Below are positions 43,067 to 57,552 of a stretch of DNA of 64,000 nt, in pieces. The translations under genes and the position numbers were made by a program. Position 1 is the stretch's first letter. Each line of letters begins with the position of its first letter. Origin of the DNA: the human T2T-CHM13v2.0 reference genome, Homo sapiens; assembly GCF_009914755.1 (NCBI RefSeq), contig NC_060929.1. One strand, written 5' to 3'. The notes under the pieces were generated by a model, which did not search any database, was not told the origin of the DNA, and saw only the letters and a program-made list of their open reading frames with translations.

Positions 43067-45789
43067 TATATTAACTCTTTTCAAGGAGTTAACATTTCTG
43101 AATGACATGGAAGTCCATACACAGAATTTTCCCTCTGCCTTTGGGCCTCCATTGATTTTGAAACAGTTTCCCCAGACTCATAGCCCAAACCTATGGGCAG
43201 TTGGCTCACACCTCTTTATTTTCATACTGAGATCCTTGGGGCTCTTCCCGACATGCTGCCCCTTCCCTGTGCTTTGTCCTCTATTCATGACCTTCTACCC
43301 TCCAGCCAGGAAAAACCAGCACCCTCTGGTTAAGGAGGCAAATCCTATCACATTCACAGTGCAGAAATCTTCTGCAGTAAGAGGTACACGTTGGCTTGAC
43401 TTCGCATTCCAATCTGAGGAAGGCTAATTGTGAAAGTGCTTGTTCAGTTGTTTAAAATCTAACGTTGAATATGGGAAGTATAGGATTTTTACTTTTACAC
43501 CCTGCAGAAGCATGGACAAAGTTGCAAAATCCTTCATGAAGGGATATTTCCTTCTTCCTCTCATGTCCTTTGAAACAGATTCATTTCTCCTTTCATCTTT
43601 TAATGAAAATTTAGCTTTTCTTTCTGGCAAGACCTTAGGGTGAGGTTTAGAACAAATTTCAGTTAGGCATAGAGAGTAAATGCAGTGTCTGGTTGGGGTG
43701 GAATCATTGGCTTTGGAATTAGATCAATGTGGGTTCAAATCCCAGCTCAGCCATATCTATGAAAGCGTGACTTGCAGATAGGTGACCACAAACACCACAG
43801 CCGTAATGATGATAACGTGCCTCATGCTAAGGTTGGGTTATTTGCAAAGCACCTAGCTCAGCCCCTTTAGGCTCAAGTTTCATTTAATCCTCACAAGGAC
43901 CCCAAGAGGTAGTTTACATTTACAGAAGAGGTAGGTAACTGAGGCTCAGGCCCAATATGGTTAAGTTTCTCCCCAGGCAAGGTGGCTTTGAAGCTGGAGC
44001 TCCCAGCCTCTCTGACATATTGTTGTGTAATTATTGCTATTACTCTTGACAGACTAACCTCTTGGATAAGACCTTGCAACTTATATAATGCAGAACCTTC
44101 TCTTCCCAACCAGACGGATTTCTTTGATTAAAGTGTTTGCATCTCCTTCATCTCTGTATTTCTCACCCCCCCAATCCCCGTGGAAAGTGATTTGCACATT
44201 CTAGAGTTTCATGAAATATCAATTGACTAACATAAGTGGGCTTCGGAGAGCCTCCAGCTTTGGTTTTGCAACAGCAGACCTCTCTTTCCCTGTCCACTTG
44301 TCTTTTAAAAAATCATCTTAAATATGATTGACCCTTTATAAAGGTAAACATATCAAATGCAGAAAATTCAGAAACTCTAATGAAGAAAAAAATGATTTAG
44401 AATTCCACTACCAAAAGGTATCATTTTGTCTGATTTCCTTTCAATTTGCCTATGCAGAGATTTATGTTATTGCTCTTTACAAACGTGTATTTTTTTTTAC
44501 AATAAAAATAGTACATTTGCACATTAGGAATGGGAAAAAAACTGAAAAATAATACAAGTTACTCAGAACACCACAACAAACAGTTAGCTGTTGTTAACTT
44601 TCTGACACACGTTGATTTGACTTCACGTTCTAATCTGAGGAAGCCTAATTATGAAGGTGTTTTTTCAGTTGTTTGCAGTCTAAAGTTGAACATGGAAAGT
44701 ATAGGATTTTTTATTTATTCTTAATGGCCGCATGATATTCCACTGTGCGGCTGAACCAAAAATCATTTAACCAGTTCCAAGTTGTTGGGCATACAGCTTG
44801 TTTTCAATCAGTCGCTTTATACATACCAGTGAAATAAACATCACTGCTGTTGCTGCTAAAGGATTCTCTGGTCACCGACCAGGGGTAGACGTAACTGGGG
44901 TGGGCCCGCATGGCTCTCAGACTCCAAAATGTGAGTTTCATCTGCCTTCCACTGTTGTTCTTCTCAGTAGAGGTCTGCCTGCGCCACCTGTGCTTCTGAG
45001 CCCATCTGATGCACTAGATTCATCTGGAGGAGCAGGTTTCTGGCAAGGAACTGAATTTGTGGGTTCCCCTAGGAATCTCTTGCAACTTTTCTAGTGTGTT
45101 GGCTTCTGATTTCTCCTGTAGGTAGACACACAGGAATAGAGGGCAAAAAATAGAAAAAGAGATTTTTAAAAACTAATTGATACACATAAAAAACATCCCA
45201 ACAGTTTAGAGAGAGCAAAAAAGAAAAAAACCATCTCTCTTTCTCTCTCTCTTCCTCAGACGACTTATTCCCTTCTAGAGGCAGCTGTTGCCCACAGTTT
45301 CTCCTGTTTTCTTCCAGAATTGTCTGCACAGACACCTCTCTATCTATCCACTCACACAATCATCTCTATCCACCTATTCGTGTGTTCAGCTATCTTTTTT
45401 CTATGTGTGTATATAACTAGCTGTTGATCCACCCAGTCATCCATCTGCAGAAAAATCAGGAATGTTTAAATGGGTAGTTATCCCAAATACAGCAGTTCAG
45501 AGGGGGCTTTAGGAGGTAGGAGCCTGGGTCCCCAGCTCACCACCAACCCACTGATGCTCTCAGCCTGTTTCCTCTTGTGTAAAAAGAGGCCGACAACACT
45601 CCTGGGGGCGGTGAATGTGCCCTGGTAAGTGGAGACATGGCGCCGATGGAAAGGCCTGGAAAGGCCCATGGAGGGTGCTGCTCTCTGCTCAGGCCTGCAG
45701 TGAGGGAAGACCCAGCGTACTTTTTCACCCAAATGAGGGGAGCAGAAGAAGGCAGAGGGAAGCGAGGAAGGTAAGGGAGTGCCCCCCGG

Positions 45790-46035
45790 CTCCCCCACCG
45801 CCTGGTGGAAGGGACAGGGTGATGTTTCATAAACATTACGTCACGTGTTTTCAGGGAGATAAGGTGTTTAGTAAACGTTGTTGGAGGAGGACCTGGCCTG
45901 GAGAGCCATCTGCATGACCACCACCAGGACACGCGGCTGCCTGCTCAGACCGGCTTCAGGGGCCTCCAGCTCGGCTTGCCCAAAATACAGGAACCAGCAA
46001 GCGGAGCTGGCTCTATTTAGTGTAAATAGAGGCAA
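45790..46035. promoter_or_regulatory. Candidate enhancer/insulator motif cluster
   Basis: CTCF-like ccaccgcctggtgga, TTACGTCACGTG (CRE plus E-box), AGATAA, TAAACA/GTAAAC/GTAAATA, and locally raised CpG in non-repeat DNA. Confidence 0.4.
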
Positions 46036-47028
46036 ATACTCTTTTGCTGAAGGACAAAGAGGTTGTGCAGGGAGAGGGCCGGCAGCCTCCTCTGGTCAGC
46101 AGTCAAGGTCTGTGGGCACCGGGAGCCCAGCATTTCCATGTGGGGTTCAGCTCTCTGGAGCTGGGGTTTGCCTCAGGGGCTTCGTGTAGCACAACCCCAC
46201 AGAGAGGCACTGACATAAAATACCATGGGAATGGTGCCCCCTGGAGTTGTGTAGCAGGGTGCCTAGTGCAAGCACAAGGAAGTGGTCACCATTTGCTTAC
46301 AGAGCAGACCCTCTGGGATCCTAGGAAACCTGAATTGGCCACCAGGTCCCCTACTGTCCACCATTTGCCCTCCTCCCAACCACTGGAGGGCCCTTGGCTG
46401 CATCAGGCTGGCACTGGGCAGTAATGGTGTACTCTTCCTTATCCGAGTAAGACTTCCCTTCATTCCCACACAGCTGAGTCAAAGGTGGCAGTGGCACAAG
46501 ATGCCTTCCCTGAGCCAATCCTCTCTGGACCCTTGCCAGGGAGCAGAAATGTCACAAACGTACAAATCTGAGCTCAACGAGGAATGTCTTTGCTAACTCT
46601 CAGGACCCGCAGGCATGGACAATGGACCAGACCCCATCCTATTTTCTTTCTCAATTAATGTTCCTGACATATTAACAAATGAGGAAATTCTAATACAGAT
46701 TTGCAAAAATTGTGATACAATTGAAACTTCTGCATTTAACAATTTAATGCTTTCAACATATACTCACCCAAACACACCGACTTGGCAATAATACCGAGTC
46801 TGAATTGGAAAGGCTTCATGAATATTAGGCCCAGGGCAAATTTCTCTCTGGCTCTACTCTGTCAAAGAAAGTGAGAATTTAGCTTAGTAAGAGGTGATGT
46901 CCTCCTCACTGGAGGCATGTAAGCAGAATGGATACCACTGAGGGAATCACTGCATAGGCCTGAGGCTGTCTGGGAAATGTGAACTGCAGGACATCTCCAG
47001 CACCAAGGCATATTTTGTTCTAAATCTA

Positions 47029-47504
<476 letters not shown>

Positions 47505-47725
47505 TCACTTTTGTCAACGAGCTTTGCTTTTCTGAGCCTCAGTTTCCTCATTTGCAAAATGGGAGTGATACTTCCTGACGTTCTGGGCTGTCGTAAAAAC
47601 TAAATAAGATAGTGTATGTCCAGGCCAACTCAGCATCAGGCACACAGTTAGCACTCACATATGTGACGTGAGAGGTGTGAGGCACCCTCTGAACTAAAAC
47701 ACTAAATCAAAAAACAGATACGGAG

Positions 47726-47919
47726 CTGGGCATGGTGGCGTGCACCTGCAATCCCAGCTACTCAGGAGATGGAGGCAGGAGGATCCTTTGAGCCCAGGAG
47801 CTTGAGTTCAGCCTGGGCAACATAGAGAGACTCCATCTCTAAAATAAAATAACATAACGTAACGTAACGTAAAGTAAAATAAAATAAAATAAAATAAAAC
47901 AAAATAAAATAATTAAAGA
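47726..47919 (+). mobile_element. Monomeric Alu (FLAM-like) with (AAAAT)n tail
   Basis: Single arm gaggatcctttgagcccaggag...; TSD aaaacagata(c/t)gg. Confidence 0.8.
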
Positions 47920-49179
47920 AAAACAGATATGGGGAGGAGCTCTCTCTGGCTTTCCCTCCCGGCTCCAATTCCACAGCTCCGGAATCCGCACCTGGTAGAC
48001 CCTTTCGCTCTGAACTCAAATGCCTGGCCTTATTCTGGCAGGGTTAGAAGCACAGGCTTGCGTTCTGGGGGATGAGTACAGGTAAGCCACTTCCCCGGGG
48101 ATTTCACTGTAGCTTCTGAGCACATACAGATAGATAGTATCCTTATAATAATATTATTTATGCGGCTCTTATTATTTGCTAGTTACTTTCTTTGCGCCCT
48201 TAAGCAAGGAACTAAACCTCTCTGAGCCTCAGATTCCTTATCTAGAAATCAGAGAAAATAATAATGCTTATTCAGAGCGATTGTGAAAATAAAATTAGCT
48301 CATACATATAAAACAGAACAGTGCTTGATGCACAGCCAATTCAAAATGTAAATATAATTAACACTATAAATACATTGAAACAATATAAAATTAGTTGTTA
48401 TTTGGCAGGCACTGCGCTATACACATATGCATGATTCTCAGAACAACCTTCAAGGTATCTACTATTATTATAATCTCATACAACAGTTGAATAAACTGAA
48501 AAGTGAAGTAAATATTGCCCTAGACCACTTGGCCGATAATTGGCACATCTAAAATTCAAAATTGATTGGCTCATTCCAAAACCAAGCTCCTAATTGTTAT
48601 GTGCTCATCAGTGTGGAAGTAAGAGATTGTCAAATATTACTTCACACCCCCCCCCTTCATTAGTTAAAAAATAGACAACCACCACCTCAATGATGCCAAC
48701 AACTACAAAACTCAACTCCACAGGACCCCTGTCATGCTACGAGCAGATGGCATCGATCCTGACTTTGCTGCCATGAAATCCCCTCAAGAGAGCCCCACAT
48801 CAGGGGTCCTGAGTTTGCAGACAGTCATTAGAGACATCCTTGTTTGGGAAACAGCTGCCCTCCACCCTGATTTCACAGCTGGGGAAACAGGGCCTGGAGA
48901 GGAGACTCATCTGGTCCCCTCTGTTTTATGCCGCTCCTTTCTCTTGCCAGTAACACCACACCATGGAGCTTTGCCTCTCGGGGCCCATTCATCTCAAATC
49001 CTTTTTCTGATTAGCTCACTGTGCTGCCTGCCACCCAGGTTCTCATCAGAGCACTCACGGGGCCTTGGCTATTTAAAAATTCTGTTAACTCGAGAAGTCT
49101 CTGCCACTGCCCCTGCCAGCACCAGGCTCACCCATGTTTGGCTTTTGCATTCTGTGCTTCCTAATCCCATTTCTGGGGC

Positions 49180-49270
49180 TTAATTATGATTACACAGCTT
49201 TATTATGTAGAATTGATTTTAAGTAATGGCCCTAATTAAGAGTGAATTTTAATTAAGCTTAATTCAGAGC
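49180..49270. promoter_or_regulatory. Homeodomain-site-rich, CNE-like segment
   Basis: Multiple TAAT/ATTA cores (TTAATTA, TAATGG, CTAATTAA, TTAATTAA) within 90 bp of non-repeat DNA. Confidence 0.35.
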
Positions 49271-51294
49271 CTGCCTCCGATTGCCAAAGATTTGCAGCCT
49301 GAGAAGAGGAAAGGCTGCCCGTGCACAAAACTCACACGTGACTTTGATCTTCATGCTGCTGGACTGTTGCAGCCAGATGGGTTTGTACTATTTTCTGGCC
49401 TCAGGGTGCATTTCTTCACCAGGGTGCAGGAGGTATCAGCTCTAGTCCATCTTCCCCTTCCATGCAGAAGCAAACTCGGAGCGCTGGCAATAAACAGAAG
49501 TGGGGATCCTGCACCTTTGGGGTGAATATCAACTACACCACCCACCCTGTTGTAGAAAATGAAGCTCATTTGCTTCCTTCCAACTGCTCATGAAACCTGT
49601 TCCACAGGTGAGAAAACTAAAGCTCAAGAAGGCCACGGCACACACAGGCAGCGAGGGCAGCAGGAAGATTGGAAATCAGCTCTGCTCCCAATGCCTGTGC
49701 CCACTCTGTTCCAACACAGCCTTCCAGTAAGTGGCAATCATCTCTGACTTTGGCAGAAACCAACCTGCTTGAATTTCCTGCCTGCCCACCTAAGCCACTG
49801 CTTCCCCAACTTTAGAAGCTCATACGCTGTGAAGGTGGGTCTTTTATGTAAGAGTGAAAAACATCTCAAACCAACTTGTTTTCAAACGAAAATTTTTTCC
49901 TACCTTTAAAACTGCTATAAAGCAAAAGTTGTCATAAAAATGTTAAAAAGGAAATAAAACAATGTGATTAAATCCAAATCAGAAACTATTACCTTCTAAA
50001 GCCCTAGGAGTAAGGCTTGATCTGCCTGACTTTAAAAAACAGAGATGAGAAGATAGTTCGACCACAACAGCACCAAACTGAGACTTTGTCCCTAACATAA
50101 TCGGAAAGACCGAAAAAGAGTTGGGAGGACATTGTGTTGCTCCGTGATACAGTGTTATTTAAAGTCGTGTCCAGGTGTCAGCTAAAATCGACTCTCCTTT
50201 GTCCAACATTTTCACGGACACTGATCCAAACCAATTTAGCACAGGTTTCCAGGGACCTCTGGGTAATAATGCCCCTCAGCTGCCCTACAGATGACAAGAT
50301 TCTGGACAGAAACCCAGCTCCCCTAACCCACAGCCCTGGCCCAAGGACAAGATATGGGCATTCCTTTGGTGTTTCAAATAAAAACACAGTGAAATCAATA
50401 TGTTCTCCAAGACCGGCTGGTGGAGGCTGTTCACCTGCGGAGAAGGGGCCTGGTCATCCGGTTCCTGAATGCCTTTGCCACACTAGAATGTTTTATGGTT
50501 CTAAAGTTCCCACCTTAGAAAATCACCCACTAAGAAGCCAAGCTCTGAAAACGTTTTGATTTTTCTAGAGGGAAATGGAAAGTGAAAAATGGAATTCAAT
50601 TACCTTGAAAAGGGGCAATTTCACTCACAACTGTTACACTTAAAAGCTCCATATGAAACAGGCATTCAAATAAGTCTCAGCCTAAGTTAAAAGAAAAAGG
50701 GGAAAAAGAAAATCATGTATTAATCCTCTTCCCTCTACTCCTTCTGACCTAGTGAGTCTTCCTTAGACTCAAAAAAGATAGATGGACTTGAAACACGATT
50801 AAATAAGCATGTTAGGACTTTAATAATCCAAGCCGCAGGAGTTTCTATTAAAAGTTGGGTATTTAGAAGAACCATTTGGTTAACCAGTCTAGTGACACAG
50901 AAACCACCATGTGAGGGAGGCTCTTCTGAGCAGAGCTGAAGCAGGGACTCCCTGCTTTTCTCTCAGAGATTTGGGGGTAAAGTTACCATCAGACCCTTCA
51001 GTTCAGCTGAAAACTCTGAGATGCCCAATACACTCCCATTTTCTACTTCAAGGAAACTTCACTAAAACAGAGGAAAAGATAATAGCCTTGATTGAAATAG
51101 AAAGGCGTTACAGAAACTGACACCAAACAACACAACAGACATCATCATCCCATCATAACCATGACGCGCTCATTCTTTCTTTACATCTTCATTCCTGCTA
51201 GGTCAAGGCAAGCCGTAGAAGTGGTTTTGTGACCACCATGATGGTTTCCCAAGGCAAATTTAGACAGCATATTTTCTCCTACCACAAAAAACTC

Positions 51295-51470
51295 CAGCCA
51301 GACTCTCCAGTGGTTGAATTCCTATTCCTCAAGTTACCAGCTGTGGAACTCTGTGCCTCAGTTTCCCCATCTGTAAAATGGAGATAACAGTAGCATCTAC
51401 CTCATAAGATTGCTGTAAATATTAAATGAGATAGTGCTTAGCACAATGCATGGCACATAGCAAGCACTTG
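51295..51470 (+). mobile_element. MIR SINE
   Basis: ctctgtgcctcagtttccccatctgtaaaatggagataacagtagcatctacctcata. Confidence 0.85.
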
Positions 51471-54400
51471 GTGGCCGATCAATGGCAAATACGAACACTG
51501 GCTCGAGCTTACTGCCATGGTTTATCTTAGCAGCTCCTGACTTGCCTGTTGAGAAAAAATGCTCCTAAACTCAGAAGTATTCAGAAAACCTACAGCAAGG
51601 TGGTGAGAGACTAGACTCTTCAAACCTCTGAGGTGCTTTTCTGTCCTCATTCCAGTTTTCTGCCCATCACATTGGCCAAAGAGCTCTAGCCAGAGTTGAA
51701 GCCAGTGCTGATCACTTTCCTGACAACCTGGCTGGCAGAGATGGGACCGTATGTAGCACAGGGAAGAGGTGTGTTTTCAGACAGCTTCCTCTCGGAAATC
51801 CATTTTGACTGTAGATCCAAAGAAAATCCTTCCAGGCTTCTTGTGCACACGCCAAAACCTGCACACATGTATGCATTTCTTCCTCTCTGTGCATCTCTCC
51901 TGCACATCTGGGCAAAAACCAATCTCTGCAGGTAGCATCTTGTGCATATAGCTGTCCGGCCCTATGATAAAATGCATTGTTTCTCTCTGAGTGAAGCTTA
52001 ATGCACCTCAGCCTGGGGATTTATACTAAGCAATAAAATCCACAGGATAGAGAAATGCAAATAGATTGTAGAATATAATATTATCATTGTCAACATAAAA
52101 GACTTTTATTTACTGCCCCCCAAAAGAAAATACACCATAGTGTCGTTTGTTTCAGGGAATGCAAAAAAGGTTTCAACAACTAACAGGGCATGTTTCTGAG
52201 CAAAATATACCCCGTATATAATGTTGGAACACATATTGTCAGTGGCCACTCGTGTGTCTGTGTTCTTGCAAACAAACCTGTGGAATTGAGTCATGGAAGG
52301 TCACTTCCAGCCACCTCTCTGAGCCACACGGCACCTACCTGGCTCTGTTCACAAACAAACCAGACAATATAGACCTATTTGAAGGGAGAGACCCTCTGAG
52401 GCAGGCCACACTCCATCAGCACATCTTAGAATGAGGCATTTGAGTAGTTGCTGACTTGGCTTACTGGGGAATGGAGTTGTGGTGGAGGTTGATTAAACAG
52501 ATGGTCCATGTTGCTTTGGGCAAAGGGAAAAGTTAAAGAGAAGATGTAGCAGAGCACATGGGAGGTGACAACTCCATCTTTTCTCTAGAAGATATCCCTA
52601 CAACTCCCCCTTAATGCTCAAGGTCATTCCACCAATGCTTTTGTTGCACAGGGTATTGACAACTTACAAGACCAATTATTTTCACTGATTTGTTTGAATG
52701 ATAAGTCTGTTGTTTTGTGTAGGGGTTTGGCTATGATATCAGACCCAGTCACAGCAATTGTTTCATTTCTGTCTACAAGGGCAAGATCTAAGTTTATAAG
52801 GCTTTAAACAGCCATAATTACCTGAATGACATTTTATGTGAAAAATATATTCTAACTGGTTCTCCCAATAGCCCTAGGAAATATACCCTAGGTGTTATTA
52901 CGGCCAATTTACAGGTGAGAAAACCGAGACTTCAGAGAGGTGAAGCACATTATCCATGGCCACCCAGCCTGTAGGAGGGTGGCTCCAGAGGCCTCAGTCC
53001 TGAGCCCGAGCCTGTCCTGCTTAAGCTTACATCAGGAAAGCCCTTACGTGGCCTGTGCTGGGTGCTCTGTCATGGGGACATCTCACAGGTTTGGTAGGTT
53101 TTATCACTCCTATTTTACAGGTGAGGAAACTGATACTTAAAAGAGGAAAAGTGTCTGCCCAAGTCACACAGATGTATATAGCTTGACTGGATTCGAACCT
53201 AAGTCCTGACTCCACCGGCTGTGTGGTATAAAAGGAGAGCTTGAAGGTGTCATCATTATCCCCTTTACAGGCCACCACAACCCCTATCACTGAGGGAGTT
53301 TTATAAGTTTCAGCAACCACATCAGTAATCTCATTTTGCATCCACAAATTTCTATTTTGTCCTTGCAGCTCACTTGGACAGGGAATGTCCCGCATGTTTG
53401 AAAAGATGGTTCAGAAAGGAGCCTTTGGCAATCCCCAGGGTTTCTGCACCCAAGATGGACTGGAGGGATCATGACAACCAGTTGCAATCAAAGAAAAGAG
53501 GAAACCATATCCGAGAGTGGAAGCTGTTTTCTTGCTTTCAGGGATCAAATGTCATGACCCCCCAACTCAGTCCTAATGCATCCTCCACAGACATACTCTT
53601 GAGCTCTCACAATCCACCCTTCAAGTCATGATGGGGCTCAAGACCTTCACTGGGCTTCATTATCACAGAGCAAACAGGGTGAAGAGGACTCATTTATTGA
53701 AGCAACAGATATTGGTGACCAATGAAATTGATGACCACCATGACCTAGGCTGGGCATTCAGTGGAGAGTAACACAGGCAACTTCCCTGACATCTGGGGCT
53801 TACAGATAATGGAGGAAACACAAAAGAATCAGATAAACAGATAGGCCAGACCAGAGAGTGCTAAGCAGACATTAAAACAAGGAAGTCAACATCAAATGCA
53901 GAGCCCAGAGAAGCCTTCCTTGGAGAGGTGACACTGAGCTGAGGCCCGACTTGCCCTGGAAAGACCTTGGGACACATTCCAGGAGGGAGGGTGCTGAGCC
54001 CTGGAGAGCTCTGTTTTGGGCAGTCACTCTCATCAGAGTTTCCATGATGACACAAAGGTCACATGGATGCCCACAGTCTAATTTCAATCAACAATGAATC
54101 ATGGCCACTCTGGGCACACCAGCACCCCACTCCCCAAACCTCCACCACACCCACCACACCTACAAGGGCCGTTTGTTTGACCAACAGAGAAAAGATTATT
54201 CCAAAATACACTTGGTAAAAACATCCATGGGGAGGGTGAAGTTTCTGGTTTCCCCTTTAAAGAGCTATCATCTTTGGATGTTCAGAGCTTCTCACATGAT
54301 AGCACCTCCTGTAAGGGTTTTGCCCCTGTAGTTAATGTTCAGAAAGTGTGTATTTCCCTTTTGAGAATTCTGTATGAAAGGGACACTGATAAGGGAAATG

Positions 54401-54919
54401 GAGGCCTTATTGCTAAGAAGCTAGTCAGCATTTGCAAGAGGAAGGGGAACTAGCATTGACTGCACACTTCCATGCACCAGCGTTGAGCTGGATGCCTTAC
54501 CTGGTTTATCTCCTTCAATCCCAGGAAGAAGGTATGAAAAGCCCCACTTTTACAACCTAGGACATTAGGTCTCTGAGAGGCAAAGCAACTTTCACAAGAT
54601 TATACAGCAAATAAGTGACAGAACCAGAACTAATTATATTACGTTTATTACATGAATCGAATTTGGTGATTACTTACTAGGTTCCAGGCACCTTGCTTGG
54701 TGCCTTCAGATCGTGCATGATTTCACTGACTTCTCACCACATTTCATTATATTACTATTCCCATCTAGCAGATGGGAAGACTGAGGTTCAGGGAGGTGAA
54801 GTAGCTTGCCTGTGGTTGTTCAGCTCCAAGGTGATAAAGTCAGGATTGAAACCCACATATGTCTGATGCCCTCTTTTTTCAGAGAGGCTGATGTCAAGAG
54901 AGGGAACCGTGGAAATGTT

Positions 54920-55812
<893 letters not shown>

Positions 55813-56512
55813 ACCTGTCCAGTTTTTAAATGCATGTGCCATTAGAGTTATTTGTCACGCAGATCTTAAGGAGACGGAGCTTGAAGTGTTTTTATTAATT
55901 GCTAACTGAGACCCTATTGCCCAGCAAATCTGCTTAATGAAGAGAGAAGAGTATTTGTGGTATGAAGTGATGCCAAGTGCAAGGTATCCCTAAGAAAGTT
56001 GCTTAATGGCCATGGCACAACATGGAAAGCCACTAGGTACTAAAATGTGTCAATAATAGAGCTGTGGAGAGGAGGAAGGGGAAACAGAAAAAACGAGATA
56101 GCAGATTATTATGAACAACCTTCACCTGTCAAGTCACAAAGGGCTGGTCCAAACATCTCCGTAATGGGCAGAAGTTTCACATCTTTGATATCTTCTTTTT
56201 TTTGGTCTCCTCTGACAAGGTATCATGTCTCTGAAATATGAACACATAGCCTTAAAAATGAATAACAAATGAATAGCAAATGTTGCTCCAATGGTTACTA
56301 AACCCATTATCACCCTGTATTTGTCTTTTGGGTTAATCTTGGCAGTTATGGAAAAAGAAATAAGCATAGATGAGAAATAAATGTATACCTCTATAGTAGC
56401 AAAAATTATAAATAAGGATATCTAATATTGATAAAGATGATTTTACGTTAAGAATCAGACCGAAAATTTTCTATCGTACTCATTATGGAGGAAATGGAAT
56501 AAAATGAGTAAT

Positions 56513-56800
56513 GGCTGGGTGTGGTGGCTCACACCTGTAATTTCAGCACTTTGGGAGGCCGAGGTGGGCAGATCACCTGAGGTCAGGAGTTCGAGACCAG
56601 CCTGGCCAACATGGTGAAACTCCATCTGTACTAAAAATACAAAAGTTAGCCAGCCGTGATGGCAGGCGCCTGTAATCCCAGCTACTCGGAAGTCTGAGGC
56701 AGGAGAATCACTTAAACCTGGGAGGCGGAGGTTGCGTGCCACCACACTCCAGCGTGGGTGACAGAGAGTGACTCCGTCTCAATAAATAAATAAATAAAGT
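56513..56800 (+). mobile_element. AluSx with small right-arm deletion
   Basis: Sense Alu; gaggttgc joined to gtgccacc (agtgagccgagatc missing); (AATA)n tail. Confidence 0.93.
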
Positions 56801-57177
56801 AAGTAAGTAATAATTTTGTGTAGATGAAATAACAAAAATTAAAGGTAATGATAACCCATAGCATTGTGGAGGTGCATTCTTTCAGTGCTCATGGCAAGTG
56901 AATAAATAAGAGCTTCTGGGATGGCAACTGGTGATATGTCTTAGGAACTGTAAAAATGTTCACAGTATTCAGCATGCTGGTAATATTTCCTAGAATTAGC
57001 CTAAGTAATTCATCCGAAAAAAAGCAAACAGTTAAATACATGAAAATGTGCATGCTAGTATTCTTTACATTCTTTAAAAATCTGGAAAATAGCCTAAATG
57101 TCCAAAAATAGGACAAAAGTAAATTATGGCATAGACAGTTGATGAGGTATTAAAATAACAACTACAGTGAATATGCT

Positions 57178-57552
57178 TGTTATGGACTGAGTTATGTCCC
57201 CCTCAAAATTCATATATGGAAGTCCTGATCCTCACTGTGACTGTATCTGGAGTAAGGAAGTAATTAAGTTTACATGAGTCTATGGAGTGGAGCCCTGATT
57301 CCATAAGATCCATGACCATATAAGAAGAGACACCGGACAGCTTGTACTCTCTCTTTCTCTCTTCGCCACGTGAGGACACAGCAGGCAGGCGGCCCTATGA
57401 AAGCCGGGAAGAGCTTTCACATGTCCTGCCTCACAAGAAATTGAATTGATTTTGGTCTTCCCAGCCTCCAGAACTGTGAGAAAATACATTTCTGTTGTTT
57501 AAGCCACCCAGCCTGTGATATATTGTTATGGAAGCCCAAGCAGACTAATAGA
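57178..57552 (+). mobile_element. MLT1B-like MaLR solo LTR
   Basis: tgttatggactgag...cagactaataga with perfect 5-bp TSD atgct. Confidence 0.88.

Noticed and set aside
45540-46200. Possible CpG-island promoter
   Set aside because: CpG is only mildly raised and looks well below island density; kept only as an enhancer candidate.
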